This document shows, piece after piece, positions 28,303-42,625 of a stretch of 64,000 nt of DNA (its first letter is position 1; each line of letters begins with the position of its first letter). The notes below the pieces were generated by a model that did not search any database, was not told the DNA's origin, and was given only the letters and a program-made list of their open reading frames with translations. This DNA is from the human T2T-CHM13v2.0 reference genome, Homo sapiens. Both the position numbers and the translations under genes were made by a program. The DNA is taken from assembly GCF_009914755.1 (NCBI RefSeq), contig NC_060931.1. The stretch is one strand, 5' to 3'.

Positions 28303-29127
28303 AGACTGCCACATAATGGTGACTGAGATATGAAAAGCAAGCAAGTAAAATGTATACACACCGGCAAAATCTAAAAATAGCTCCATTTATTAATGAAAAA
28401 CAATATCCTGTAATCAAGACACAGCCTGTTGGTTAACGTTATAAAGAATTACTTTGCTTGTTTAATGTGTAAACCAATGATAATTCACAAATTTGCTAAT
28501 TGTTTTTCTGTAGATGTGAGCTGTCAACCGGTGGAGCTTAAGTATTCAAAAGTAATCAACCACCATTTCAAATTCCATCAAAAAGTCATGTATCACTTTC
28601 AGGAGACATGAAATTTTGGTACATTTTTACTGGAGTTGCAGAAGGAGTGATAAAGCAAAAGTGAATTTTAAAACAACAAAGCAATCTCCTCACTTCACCA
28701 CAGAAAATTAAATGTAGTGAAGCAGCTTTGTGACACTTCAGACTTTTCCAGTATTCTCTGGATTGTGAACTGACAAAGCTACATATGAGTGAAAAAAAAA
28801 ATTTGAACTTTTGCTCAAATTATATTCACCCTAATGTGGATTGTAAAGTTCCTTTCACCAGTGAGAAACATACAGCTTTATATCCACGTTTACAGAAGAG
28901 AAAGAGTTACCAAAACTTTAAATATCAAAAATATTTTTATGCCACTGTCTTATATACTTCAGCATAACTCATTTCTAAACATGTAAATCTAGAAATGAAG
29001 CAATCAGAGGGAAAAGTTAAGATGAAGAATCAAACATCAAATCCATCTTGGTTCTAGTCTAACAAATGTTTCCCCACTGGATTTCAAGTTCATGAGTAGA
29101 GTCTATGTAGCTCTGGAGAAGGTATTT

Positions 29128-29330
29128 AATAGTAACCTAGATTTATATAACAACATTTGTTCCAAACAACATTTGCATACATCATATAGTTTGTCCATAC
29201 AATATCCCTATAAAAACAAGAAAAAAAAAGCATCCTCATCATTTTAAAGATGGTAGAACTGAGGCACAAAACATATAAAGGTTTTTCCAAGATTTCACAC
29301 ATATACAAAGTAAAACATATTTGAAAATCA
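29128..29330 (-). mobile_element. MIR (MIRc-like)
   Basis: CATTTTAAAGATGGTAGAACTGAGGCAC...TTTCCAAGATTTCACAC. Confidence 0.6.
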
Positions 29331-29820
29331 TTTCTCCTTTTTAACATATCTCTATTATTAAAATCTGAGTGCAAGATTATTGTTATAAAATGTATGCCCA
29401 GAAAAGATATTAGTTACAATGTAATTTCAATTATAAATCATTTTACCTGGCACTCTATGAGGCACTAAATAATTTTTAACAAATATGCAAATTAAAAGAT
29501 TATATTTTCTAAATCTCATTGTGAAATTATGTTTAAATTTAGCACCAGCTCATATCCCACAAAAAAAAAAACCTAATATAGGGAAAACTTGTGATAGAAA
29601 CAGTCTATTAAATGAAATTATATTTTGATTTCTAAAGCTGCCTTGCAAGAACAGAGGTTACAATTTCTAGAAGGAGCCATATACAAATTTAAAAAGAGCC
29701 ATAATTCATGCAAAGAAACATTTTCTAACCTGTAATTTATAGTTCAGCTGCCTTTCTAAAATCTCAAGCTTTTAGTTAAATAATTGTAGATTTGTTGCTC
29801 AGTTTAAAAACCCTTCTGGA

Positions 29821-29945
29821 ATCACGTCTTTAACTGGCGTTGTGACGTCTTACGTCATGATGTTGCGTCACCACGTGATGACGCTGTGCCATCACAACAC
29901 ATCATCGCATATTGACACAATGTCATGGCATAATATCATCAAATT
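29821..29945. promoter_or_regulatory. CpG-retaining cluster of CRE/ATF, C/EBP-ATF and E-box motifs; candidate promoter or enhancer
   Basis: 8 CpGs in ~82 bp of otherwise CpG-poor DNA; motifs TGACGTC, TTACGTCA, TTGCGTCA, CACGTG, TGACGC. Confidence 0.5.
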
Positions 29946-30679
29946 AAATTCATCAGCACTCCCCACAGCCTGGCCCCAGGAAGGGCAAGAGAGCTTTAAA
30001 GTTTCTCTTTGTTCTTGTCAACACACTCCTGGTTGGTAGGCGAGAACAGCAACTGGACAAATCATTTCCTGGTCTATTAAAACTTCCTAGATCTCAAATT
30101 AGGAGAATTTGAAAGTTACAGCTTAGAGTTGGAGGAAATAGTTTTCACGGGGATAGATTTCATGGCTTGTTACTCACCTTGCCCCATAACTAGTTACACT
30201 TGAATCCCATTTTAAAGATAAACATTTATAAATGTTAGTTCCTCCTTTTTTTCCCAGGCCCTAAAATAGGATCATATTTAGGCTGGTGAAAAAAAAAATT
30301 AATTTGTTTCTAATTTCTTGCCCTCAATGTCCACCTTCCTCAAATTGTTTTCCTTCACCACAACATTCCTCTTCTATAACATTCTGAAATAGCAAGTAAT
30401 GGAGGATAGGAGGCAGATCCAGTCAATAGTTTTGACTACAGACATTTATATAAGGCTGGAGGGTGTGTTGAAAGCTGTGAGAGAGGGCCTTTTGCCATCA
30501 CAGGCTTGGTGACAAGCAGAGTCTCCGTGTTAGCAACTATGATAAACCTGGGCATTTGGATGAAACATTTATCTGAATGTTATCTGAATTAACTTATGAA
30601 CTCTTCCAAAAATATGTAGTTACCAGTTCATTAAACATAATGGGCGGTTTGTGCAGACTGTCAGTGTGTGACCTCTCTT

Positions 30680-31389
<710 letters not shown>

Positions 31390-33735
31390 TAAATGATTTT
31401 TAAGAGGTACTGACTCACACTCATATTACCATAATCCTTCATCATAATTACAAATAGCCTCTAGATAACTCATGAATACGCTGCATCAATGCAGTGGAGT
31501 TTTCTTGTAGGAGCATTTTCCATCCATGAGACCAAATATGTTCCTTCTCTCTTTGTAACCAAATAAAAACTGAAAATCAAAGCCACTTGTACTTTCTTGA
31601 AAGCATCTGACTAGCCATAAAAACCTTGGCAACTTCTCTTCTGGTGTGTACATAAAGATGGATTAGGAATATCCCTGCTGCTGATTCACCTTTTAAAACA
31701 AGCACTGGAAAAACACTTCAGCCCAGCCAATGATAAGTGGTTATATATTCTGACATTAAGCCCCACATGAAAGTCACTGGTAGACATTTTCTACAGCTAC
31801 CATAATCCTCAAGAGGTGTTTAGAAACTAGACATAACAAAAGAATAAAAACTTGAGGGGATTTCAGTCCTAAAAGACTTCATCTTTCTGAGAATTACATG
31901 ACATCGAAAGGCAAGTTTTCAAACAAGTTTCTAAAATGTCACTTTTAAGCTAGACAAACACATATCTTTTTAGAGGTTATGAGAGCAATTATTTAAACTT
32001 GATAAAATATTTAATGTATGGCTTTGAATCTTTAATGTATGGCCAAATAAATACTCATATATGATATATACACATATATATTCATTAACATATATATTTT
32101 ATAAAATGATACAAAGAAGAGTACTAGTACCTACACTCCAAAAGACATGCAATAAGTAATAATTTGGTTACAGAAAGAGAGAAAAAGTTTTCAAATAACA
32201 ATCCTTTTTCACTGATAGTTTATACAAAATTTTATCATGAATAGGATAGTAAGAAACAAGATACAATATGAAATTTGCTTGAATAAGTGATATATTTAGT
32301 AAATGGAATACAGAAAATATAGGCAGAATATCTGCTGAAAATAGGAACCCAATGATATATAACAGTCCAATATGGAGTTAGTGAACTTCTTAAGATTTGT
32401 TTCTTTAAGAATTATAAGTATGGCATGCCTTTTTTAAATTCCAAATCCAGAAGATAAACAAGAATAGCAACATGAGAAATTCCTAGTTTTTGCAGATTTA
32501 GTCAGCTGTATATTAATGTACTTTTCATCTAGATAGAATTTAAGCAACAGATGCATGTAGCAAAAAAAAAAAAATTTAACTCATTTTGTGTCTTTCAGAG
32601 CAAAGAATCTTTTGTAGTAGAATAATCACCCATCATTTGCCTACTTAGCAAGTTCAGGGTTCCACATATTTGCTTTTTCAAATAGGGACACATTTGTGCA
32701 AATGTGTCCAGTTATATAGTGATAGGGTGGCCCTGAAAGTGGGGCTGAACATGTTCATATGAAACTTGCCTGCCTCCATGTTGCACACCTACCTTGTATA
32801 CCTGAGACAGGTATAACAAACAACTGCACTTATTCTTTCTGTCCCCATAGCTTTTCTTCTACTTCTTTAGGACTCCTAAGATTCACATGAACTGAAGCAA
32901 AATATCCACAGAGAGACATTAAACTTTATTTACTTACATGAATAATTTTCTTTAAATCATTGAATTCACAGAAAGGAAGGGGTAAAAGTACTCCTGCTTA
33001 TTAAGGACTATGCTAGCTACTAGAAATTGTGCTAGGTGATTTACATATGTTATCTCATTTCGTGCAGTTACTTATTTAATGATCTTGAAAAGGAATACAA
33101 TTATTAACTAATACAAACTACAACATTCAGCTGTTTGAATTAATCTGATAGCTCATCATTTTTAACCAAAAAAATACATTAACATTTTCAAGTGTCTCTA
33201 TGAACTGGGCATTATTATTTTAAAATTAACCCAACTTATTTTCCCATGGTTACTAGGTGAATGGGCACAGATCAAGCTACCAATTTAATCAATAATTTCT
33301 GGCTTTGGGGCCCCTGCAGCAGAATATTCATCTCCACCTTTATCTTCCTTTCCCCCACACCCTTCCTCCCCCTGCTGATGCTTGTGGAAGCTCAAGTTCT
33401 ACTGTGTTTCCAGATCTTCCTCTACCATCTGGGGTGTTGACTGATATCTCTCTGCTATCGTTACTGATGACAGGACTTTATTAATGTCATCTCAGTGTCT
33501 ATCTTGTCACTGCTCAATTCAGGCCTGCAGATGCTAAAGTTGGGAAGGATACTTTTCCCACCAGAATGTAAATAGTCTACTGTACTTCCATACTGGATGT
33601 TCTTTATTTTTCACACTATAGGAGAGCCCCAGACTGATTAATTAAAGAATCCTAAATTTAAGTTAAAGTTGGTGAATCTCAATTTTCAAAGCAGCTTCTT
33701 GACCTCCTTGATGCTGGATCATCCAAAATTTCCTA

Positions 33736-33966
<231 letters not shown>

Positions 33967-34721
33967 TCATGTGGGGAAAAGGCAGATAGCTAAGCTGGTG
34001 AAGCCAGGTGTGCAGGAGGATCCCAGCAAATCTGGGGAAACAAACATGACTAAAAAGGATACACCAAGAGAGGAGCTGGCTTGACACAGCATGCAATAGG
34101 GAGTCATTGCCATTTATAAAAGAAGGAATGGTGTAATAAAAGCAGCACTGTAGAAGGATTCAGGAGCAATTGGAGGAATTCCAGGAGTCAGGGCCACCAT
34201 GACACTGCAAGCATGAAAGCTGGGGTTCAGCTGGTGTCAGGGGACATGGGGGTGTAAGAGTCCAACCAGAGATGTTTTCAGCAAAATAAATGTCAGGACT
34301 TGTGAACACATTGTATATAAGAAATACTGTAGGAATGGTTGGTACTTTTCTTTATATATCTGGTAGAATTTGACAGTGAATCCATCAGGTCCTGGGCTTT
34401 TTTTGGTTGGTAGGCTATTTATTAGATTCAATTTTAGAGCTGGCTTTTGGTCTGTTCAGGGAATTATTTTATTCCTAGATCAGTCTTGGGAGGGTGTAAT
34501 TGTCCAGAAATTTATCCACTGCTTCTAGGTTTTGCAGTTTGTGTGTGTAGAGGTGTTCACAGTAGTTTCTGATGGTTGCTTTTATATCTGTGGGGGTCAG
34601 CAGTAATATTCCCTTCATCATTTCCAATTATGCTTATTTGGATCTCCTTTCTTATCTTCTTTATTACTCTAGCTAGTGGCCTATCTATTTTATTAATTTT
34701 TTTCCCACAAAACCGACTCCT

Positions 34722-35028
34722 GCTGGGTGTGGTGGCTCACACCTGTAATCCCAGCACTTTGGGAGGCTGAGGCAGATGGATCACAAAGTCAGGAGATCAA
34801 GACCATGCTGGCTAACACGGTGAAACCCCGTTTCTACAAAAACATACAAAAAATTAGCCAGACATGGTGGCAGGCACCTGTAGTCCTGGCTACTCAGGAG
34901 GCTGAGGCAGGAGAATGGCGTGAACCCAGGAGGCAGAGCTTGCAGTGAGCCGAGATCACGCCACTGCACTCCAGCCCGGATGACAGAGTGAGACTCCATC
35001 AAAAACAAACAAACAAACAAACAAACAA
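34722..35028 (+). mobile_element. AluY-like with (CAAA)n tail and TSD
   Basis: GGCTAACACGGTGAAACCCCG, GGCGTGAACCC, AGCTTGCAG. TSD AAAACCGACTCCT / AAAAGCAACTCCT. Confidence 0.9.
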
Positions 35029-35047
35029 AAAAGCAACTCCTAAGCCA

Positions 35048-35362
35048 GGCCAGGTGCCATGGCTCATGCCTGTAATCCCAGCACTTAGGGAGGCCAAGGT
35101 GGGCAAATCACTTGAGGTCAGGAGTTTGAGAGCAGCCCAGCCAACATGGTAAAACCCTGTCTCTACTAAAAATACAAAAATTAGCCACTTGTGGTGGCAG
35201 GCACCTGTAATTCCAGCTATATGGGAGGCTGAGGCAATAGGATCACTTCAACCAGGGAGGCGGAGGTTGTAGTGAGCAGAGATTGCACCACTGCACTCCA
35301 ACCTGGGTGACAGAGTAAGACTCTGTCTCAAAAACAAACAAAAAGAAAAAATAAATAAATAA
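35048..35362 (+). mobile_element. AluSx/Sz, head-to-tail with the preceding Alu
   Basis: GGCCAGGTGCCATGGCTCA...ATCACTTGAGGTCAGGAGTTTGAG...A-rich tail. Confidence 0.9.
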
Positions 35363-36377
35363 ACTCATGGTTTCTCATGTCTCCATTTTCTTCAGTTCAG
35401 CTCTGATTTTTGTTATTTCTCATCTTCTGCTAGCTTTGGGGTGGATTTATTCTTTCTCTAATTCTTGCAGTTGTGAAATTAAGTTTTTAATTTGAGATCT
35501 TTTTGACATGGGCATTTAGTGCTATGAATTTCCCTCTTAAAACTACCTTAGCTGTGTCCCAGAGATTCCAGTATGTTGTTTGTTCTCATTATTTTCAAAG
35601 AACTTCTTAATTTCTGCCTTAATTTCACTATTTACCCAAAAGTCATTCAGGAGCATGTTGTTTAATTTCCATTTAATTGGATGGCTTTGAGTGATTTTCA
35701 AAGTCTTGACTTTCTATTTTTATTGTGCTATTGTCTGAGAGTGTGTTTGGTATTATTTCAGTTCCTTTACATTTGTTGAGGATTATTTTATGTCCAATTA
35801 TGTGGTTGATTTTAGAGTATGTGCCATTTGGCAATGAGAAGAATGTATATTCTATTGTTTTAGGTGGAAAGTTCTGTGAAGGTCTATAATATCCATTTGG
35901 TCCAATGTTGAGTTTAGGTCTTGAATATCTTTGTTAATTTTCTGCCTTGATGAACTCTCTAATACTGTCAGTAAAATGTTGAAGTTTTTCACTATTATTG
36001 CACAGAAGTCTATGTCTCTGTGGGTCTCTAAGAACTTGCTTCATGAATCTGGGTGTTCCTGTGTTGAGTGTATATATACTTAGGTTAGGTCTTTTTGTTG
36101 AATTGAACCCTTTACCATTTTGTAATGCCCTTCTTTGCCTTTTTTTATTCTTTGTTGGTTTGAAATCTGTTTTGTTTGAAATTGGGATTACAACTCCTGC
36201 TTTTTTCTGTTTTCTATTTGCTTGGTAGATTTTCCTCCATCTCTTTATTTTGAGCCTATGAGTGTCATTACACATGAGATGAGTTTCTTGAAGACAGCAT
36301 ACCATTGGATCTTGCTTTTCTATCCAGCTTGCCACTCTGTCCCTTTTAAGTGGGGTATTTAGCTATTCAAGGTTAGT

Positions 36378-37290
36378 GTCTGACAAAGGTCTAATATCCC
36401 ACATCTATAAGGAACTTAAACAAATTTATAAGAGAAAACCCCATTGAAAAGTGGGCAAAGGACATGAACAGACACTTCTCAAAAGAAGACATAAATGTGG
36501 CCAACAAGGATATGAAAAAAAGCTCAATATCACCGATCATTAGAGAATTACCAATCAAAACCACAGTGAGATACCATCTCATACCGGTCAGAATGGCTAT
36601 TAATAAAAAGTCAAAAAACAACAGGCTGGCAAGCTTGCAGAGGAAAGGGAACACCTATACACTGTTGGTGGGAGTGCAAATTAGTTCAACCATTGTGGGA
36701 AGCAGTATGGCAATTCCTCAAAGAGCTAAAAGCAGAACTACCATTCTAACCAGCAATCCCATTACTGGGTATACACCCAGAGGAATATAAATCATTCTAC
36801 TATAAAGACACATGCATATAATAAATTTCATTGCAGCACTATTCATAATACCAAAGATGTGGAATCAATCTAAATGTCCATCAATGACAGATTGAATAAA
36901 GGAAATGTAGTACCATATATACCATGGAATATTATGCAGCCATAAAAAAGAACCAGATCATGTTTTTTGCGGGAACATGCAATAGCTGGAGGCCATTATC
37001 CTTAGGCAAACTGATGAAGGAATGGAAAACCAAATACCACATGTTCTCACTTATAAGTGGAAGCTAAATAAGAATTTATGAACACAAAGAAGGGAACAAC
37101 ACACACTAGAGGCTACTTGAGGTGAGAGAGTGGGAGGAGGGACAGATGCAGAAAATATAACTACTGGGTACTGGGCTTAAAACCTGGGTGATGAAATAGT
37201 ATGTACAACAAACCCCATGACACTTGTTTACCTCTGTAACAAACATTCACATGTACCCCCAAACCTAAAATAAATTAAATGTTTTAAAAA
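36378..37290 (+). mobile_element. Forward 3' segment of the same L1PA13-like element (ORF2 end, 3' UTR)
   Basis: [13 protein letters not shown]...; 3' end ACAACAAACCCCATGACAC...CACATGTACCCCCAAACCTAAAATAAA. Confidence 0.92.
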
Positions 37291-37329
37291 AAGAAATGCT
37301 TGGAAGCTAAAAAGACAAGCACAACTCCA

Positions 37330-37530
37330 AATAATTTGAGGATGAAAGATAAGAAGAGTGTTGGGCTACTGACAAAAATGAGGATGTCAGAGGGCTGTGG
37401 TGGTGGAGATGGAAAGTGGTTTAATTTAGATGTGAGCAAGTCAAGATCACAGCAGACTGCCCAAGTGGAATTCTCATTCTTTTGTTACTGCCACAGTTGC
37501 AGAGCCCACCAGCGAAGTCTGGGACAGAGA
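37330..37530 (-). mobile_element. L2 fragment (probable partner at ~33940-34300)
   Basis: GGTTTAATTTAGATGTG...CAAGTGGAATTCTC...GAAGTCTGGGACAGAGAT. Confidence 0.45.
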
Positions 37531-38171
37531 TGGTGGGGGCACCTATTTCCCAGCACAAACCTTTTCAACAACTACTAAAATTCCTGGTCAAAATGAACCA
37601 AACCTATTCATTCTTTCATTTAAAAAAAATTAACATGTCTTTCCCTGTAAAAAAAAGAAATGAATTTTTCTCTTTCTTACTCAAAAACTGATCTTCAGAA
37701 AATCATTGAAATCATTCACGATTCTGAAACTTTTGCTGAAAAGCTTTGATGTATTAAAAAGAATAATTACTTAAAAAACAGATCCTTTGACACTCCAGAT
37801 TGGAATTTGATGACTTTTTTTCCCACAGTGATTCAATTAATTGGTTTTTCTTAATGTTTAATGGTAGCAAAGTCATCACATTGAAGAAACCTTATGTCAT
37901 TTATCAGCTTCTTCTCCAGAGCCCTGAGAACACCTGATGATTATTTCAATCCAACCAATCACTCACTGAACACATAATCATGAATAATTTAGTAGAGCAA
38001 TAGATCCATTACTTAATATAGTGCTAACCTTTTATAATGCTTATACCTGGGGAGAGGACTAATATCTGTGTCACAGAATAACTGATATCAGGCCTTGGGT
38101 TTTGAAGGTAACATTGTGACTTATGGAATATCTAAACGCATGCAATTATAAACCACATTATGGGAAAATAG

Positions 38172-38800
38172 TTAACCTTTGTGTAGCATTTAAGAGTTTA
38201 CAAGGTACTTTCTCAGACATTATCTCATTTGATACTCAAATCAAACCTGTGAGAAAGGTATTCTTTATTTTTTTTTAATTTAACTGACACATAATTGTAC
38301 ATATTTATGAGTTATATAGTGATGTTGTGATACATAGAATGTATAGTGATGAGATCTGGGTAATTAGCATATTCATCAACTCAAATACTTATCATTTCTT
38401 TGTATTGGAAACATTCAATATCCTGCTTCTATTTGAAACTGTATATTATTAACAGTAGTCATCCTACAGTGCTAGAGAACACAAACTTATTCCTCCTAGC
38501 TAGCTGTAATTTTGTAAGCTTTAACAAATCTCTCCCCATGTCTCCTTTCCCCCTACCCTTCCCAGCCTTTGCTAGCCTCTGCTCTACTTTTTTCTTCGAT
38601 TAGATGAATCATTTAGCTTCCACATATGAGTGACAACATGTGGTGCTTAATGTTTTGTTCTTGGCTTATTTCACTTAACGTAATGAGGTATTATAAGTGA
38701 GGACAGCAGGGCTCAGAGAGGCCAAGTGGTTTGCCTAAAACTGCCTAGCTATTAAGTGGCAGAGCTGAGATTCTCCCCCGACAGTCTGTGCTGTCTCTTG
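38172..38800 (-). mobile_element. MIR split by an L1MA insertion (halves ~38172-38262 and ~38686-38800)
   Basis: CATTATCTCATTTGATACTCA...CCTGTGAG, then GGCTCAGAGAGGCCAAGTGGTTTGCCTAA...AAGTGGCAGAGCTGAGATT. Confidence 0.75.
38263..38685 (-). mobile_element. L1MA 3' end
   Basis: ATAATTGTACATATTTATGAG..ATAGTGATG...GGGTAATTAGCATATTCATCA...AGCTTCCACATATGAGTGA.AACATGTGG; TSD AGGTATT. Confidence 0.85.
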
Positions 38801-40159
38801 TACCAGTATTCACTCTGATGTGATAAAGGCCCAAATGCCAACGGGCTTTCTAAAGTAGGCTCTCTCCATTCCACACAGCACCAACAGCCTACCCATGTGA
38901 GGGCCCTGTTGCCCTTCATCTTTGTTGACCACCTCCCTCTGGTGGCCAAGAGTTCTCACATGAGAACCTTCAAGAGGAGCATCATAAACTACCATTTCTA
39001 GAGCAAAAAAATGCTTGTTTCTCAGGAACCAAATCACACATGAGCATTTCTGCAACATATACCCATCATCCTGTAGCAAAGGAAGCCACACATCTGGTAG
39101 TAACAGGTGCCGTATTCTTTTTTTAAATGATTCCTGCCATGTGACAGTTCATGTAAACAGCACACAGAATTCTACCCAATCAAGAATTACTCTTTATTTA
39201 AAATTCTTAAAGGAGACTTGCCTTGCTGTAAGCTAATTTTGTGAAAGTTTGTTTTGCCCATTCAATATTTAGCTTGATTTCCGAAACTATCTGGAACAGT
39301 CTTTACTAGGTTTGTCTGTTTCTCTCTCTGAGACTGCCTATAATAGATAAAAGCAATGCTTTATTTCCATAATCTGCTCTTGAGAGTTCCTCATTATGCT
39401 TAATTGTCTCCCCTTTGTTTTAAAGGGTATTATCCTGCATTCAATGCAAGAAATTAAAAGTGTCATTAGATAAAACTGACATTTCTTTTATAGCAAAAGT
39501 AAACTCAATCCAATTTAGAATAGTATGTCAGGTTCCATCTTTACTTGTTAGATAAATCACTGTTACAATAATCTTCATTTTCATCTTATTATTATTATTT
39601 AAATTTTTTACTTACAAATAATAGCACTCCAAGGATCATGTAAAACTTGAATTTAAACAAAGTTCTGGGAAAGGTGGCTAGTGATTCAGGGAGAACAGCA
39701 AAGGGAGATATGGCTTATAATTACACCTATTTAGGTAACTGTGCCAAATCCCTTTAGACCAGTGAAAGCACACAACAGAGCAGATCCTTTCCCACTAAAT
39801 AAACAATAAATAAATAATTTACCATGATATGGTGAGCCTTGAGTTTTCCCCCATTCCTTCCATCCCTCGTATTAGTCAAGGATAATTTCCTGAAATATCT
39901 AGTATTAATGAAACTCTTTTATGAATCAAAATTGTAATCATTTAGAATCTGTGCTCAAAAGATGTGGGTGGTTTGATAGTCAAAATCACATTATTTAGGG
40001 GAACTTGTAGCCAGCATTCCAAATTCAATTTATTAACTCCCTCATCAATAGCCAGAGTATTTGACAATTTATTCAAAGCTTTCAAACATAGCAAGAGACA
40101 ATAAGAATGCCATGCCTAGTGCTAAGGGGATTCCAGGCACATTATCAGAATGGGGGCTT

Positions 40160-40270
40160 GCAGTGTAACTAACCATTTGTGGATGCATGGGACAGCAACA
40201 TTTCCTGAGACATGGGACTTTTGGTGCTAAACCCAAGACAGTCCTAGACAAACCAGGTTAGTCACTCTAG
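40160..40270. mobile_element. MER81-like hAT-Blackjack MITE
   Basis: TTTCCTGAGACATGGGACTTTTGGTGCTAAACCCAAGACAGTCCTAGACAAACCAGG..GTCACTCTA. Confidence 0.6.
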
Positions 40271-40830
40271 GGTCAGGTTGAGGGAAAACCTTCAACTAGA
40301 ACTGGGGCACACATGGAGAAGGATTTCTTCCTAGAAACAGGAGAAAAGCTGCCTTGCTGAAGCCAGAGCACAAGGTCAGAGCTGGACTCAAGACCTTGAT
40401 GCAAGAGCAACAGGAGTATTCAGTTAAAGCTTTTTACCAACTACCGACTGAAGACAAGATTGGTCCCAGAGCAGGAGACAGGCTGAATCTTGGAGTAGAG
40501 ATGATTACACCACACAGTGAGGAGGAATATGGGAATAAAATATCCATATTTACTGAGGGGATAAGAAGACCTTATCCTCCTGGCCTGTCTTCTCTTTGTG
40601 CTCTCCTGTTAGCTGAATCCAGTCAGCTGTTTTTCTTTCATTTATGCCAGGATGCATCACTTTATACTTAAGCATGTGTGGACAGAGAAAAGCTCCCACT
40701 AAAACACTGACATAAAGAGAGGAGGATCGCACCAGAATTATAGGGCTTCCCTGCTTTTGTGAAGGAAAAGTCTTTAACGTTATTATAAACATAATATATG
40801 GTACTCAGATTGGGGTTTCTGTTATATTGA

Positions 40831-41218
<388 letters not shown>

Positions 41219-41491
41219 AATAACAAATATTTTAATTTAAAAAAAAAGAAATCACCCCTTTGTGGGTAGGAAATTCTTTTGTAAAGACAGGGATTCACGA
41301 GTATGACTTGCTGCCAGGGTGAGGACTGTACACTTAGGACAAAGCAGATGAGAGAACCCCAAGAGGAAAGTAGAGAACTGTTGACATTCACCTTTTCCCA
41401 CCAGAAGGTTTCTCTCTCAGAACTAAAAGTTAGTGATATTCTATATGCTGATTTATTTTACTAAAGGAGATAAATATTCCTTTACAAATGA

Positions 41492-41705
41492 AGCAGAAAT
41501 ATGGTGTCATGATTAAGAGCATTTGTTTATTCCACTGGTTAAATGTATGATCCTAGTTTTGTAACCTCTCTGAGACAAACTTTCCTCATTTGATAAATGG
41601 GTACTATAACCCACAACTGGCAGGGATTTTCTGAGAAGTCATAAAATAGCAAACGTAGAATGCTATGTCCAACATTAGTAGGTGTTCAACAAATGTTAAT
41701 TATTT
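41492..41705 (+). mobile_element. MIR
   Basis: ATATGGTGTCATGATTAAGAGC...AACCTCTCTGAG..TTTCCTCATTTG.TAAATGGG...GTTCAACAAATGTT. Confidence 0.7.
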
Positions 41706-42429
41706 TCCTTCCTTTTTCCCTGCCAATATCCTATCTGAAAACAAACAAATAGGTCACTATCAAATTTGAAAAATTATTCGTCATCACGATTTATTACCAA
41801 TCTCAGTAACAGGATGATGGGCACATTCAGTTCATTTTCTTTTAAATTTACCTTAGCTTTCAACATCTAACTTGTCTTTAAAAATACCATTCACTAAAAT
41901 AAGTGGATATCTGGTAGAGACAACCTGATATTTGTACTTGAAATATTCTAAAATGAACTTGGACAATCAATTCATCCACTCACTTATGTGTGTATCTGTC
42001 GACAAGTGTGCTTGTTTCTACATAAGGATCATTATATACAAGCCCCATTCTGAGCGCCTCTGTGTTTGATTGTTTTCTAAGAAAAATCATGATTTCCAGG
42101 TGGAACAGTGAGTACTACCCTTTAAAACCTCTGAAGTTGATTTTTACTTATATCACAAACACAGGCATCAAATGGAAGATGAGATAAAGTTCACCACCAG
42201 CTTTGAACAGTAAAAATGACAGAAATTGGGAGTTCTTTCTGAAATAATGCATAGAAGTCAATACAGCCAATAACTCTTCCTAAACCTTGTCCAAGCAAAG
42301 ACGCTTCAAGTCACCATAAACCATGATGTGTCCCAGAAGCTCATTGAAAACAATGAGCTAGCACAGGGATTATTTTCCTCAATTTTGACTTTTATTACTA
42401 GTGAAAATTAAGAGCTATCACCATGTGTA

Positions 42430-42625
42430 TTCTCACAAGCACATTATATGTATAAATAAATTGGTTTAACTCTCTCAATAATTCTGAACTGAAGGGACTA
42501 TGATTATCCCCATGTTAAAGACGATGAAACTTGGAAAATAACCCAGGGTTTTAGAACTGGTGACAGCAAAGTTAAGACTGGAACCTGTCTCTTGCTGAAT
42601 TCAAAGCCCATAATCTCTAGCCATT
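42430..42625 (-). mobile_element. MIR
   Basis: ATTATCCCCATGTTAAAGACGATGAAACT...CCCAGGGT...GACTGGAACC...TTCAAAGCCCAT. Confidence 0.6.

Larger units (their letters stand above)
34329..36377 (-). mobile_element. Inverted 5' segment of an L1PA13-like element (ORF2 N-terminal half), interrupted by two Alus
   Basis: Minus ORFs ASWIEKQDPMVCCLQETHL and [13 protein letters not shown]; homologous to 1-1582. Confidence 0.9.

Noticed and set aside
28490-28625. Possible + strand exon (GCTAAT branch-like site, TGTTTTTCTGTAG acceptor at 28513)
   Set aside because: No convincing donor site or coding signal; such motifs are frequent by chance. RNA-seq would be needed.
30165-30185. Strong minus-strand splice donor (AAG|GTGAGT) near the CRE cluster
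   Set aside because: Isolated motif, and on the wrong side to be a first-exon donor for a minus transcript starting at the cluster.
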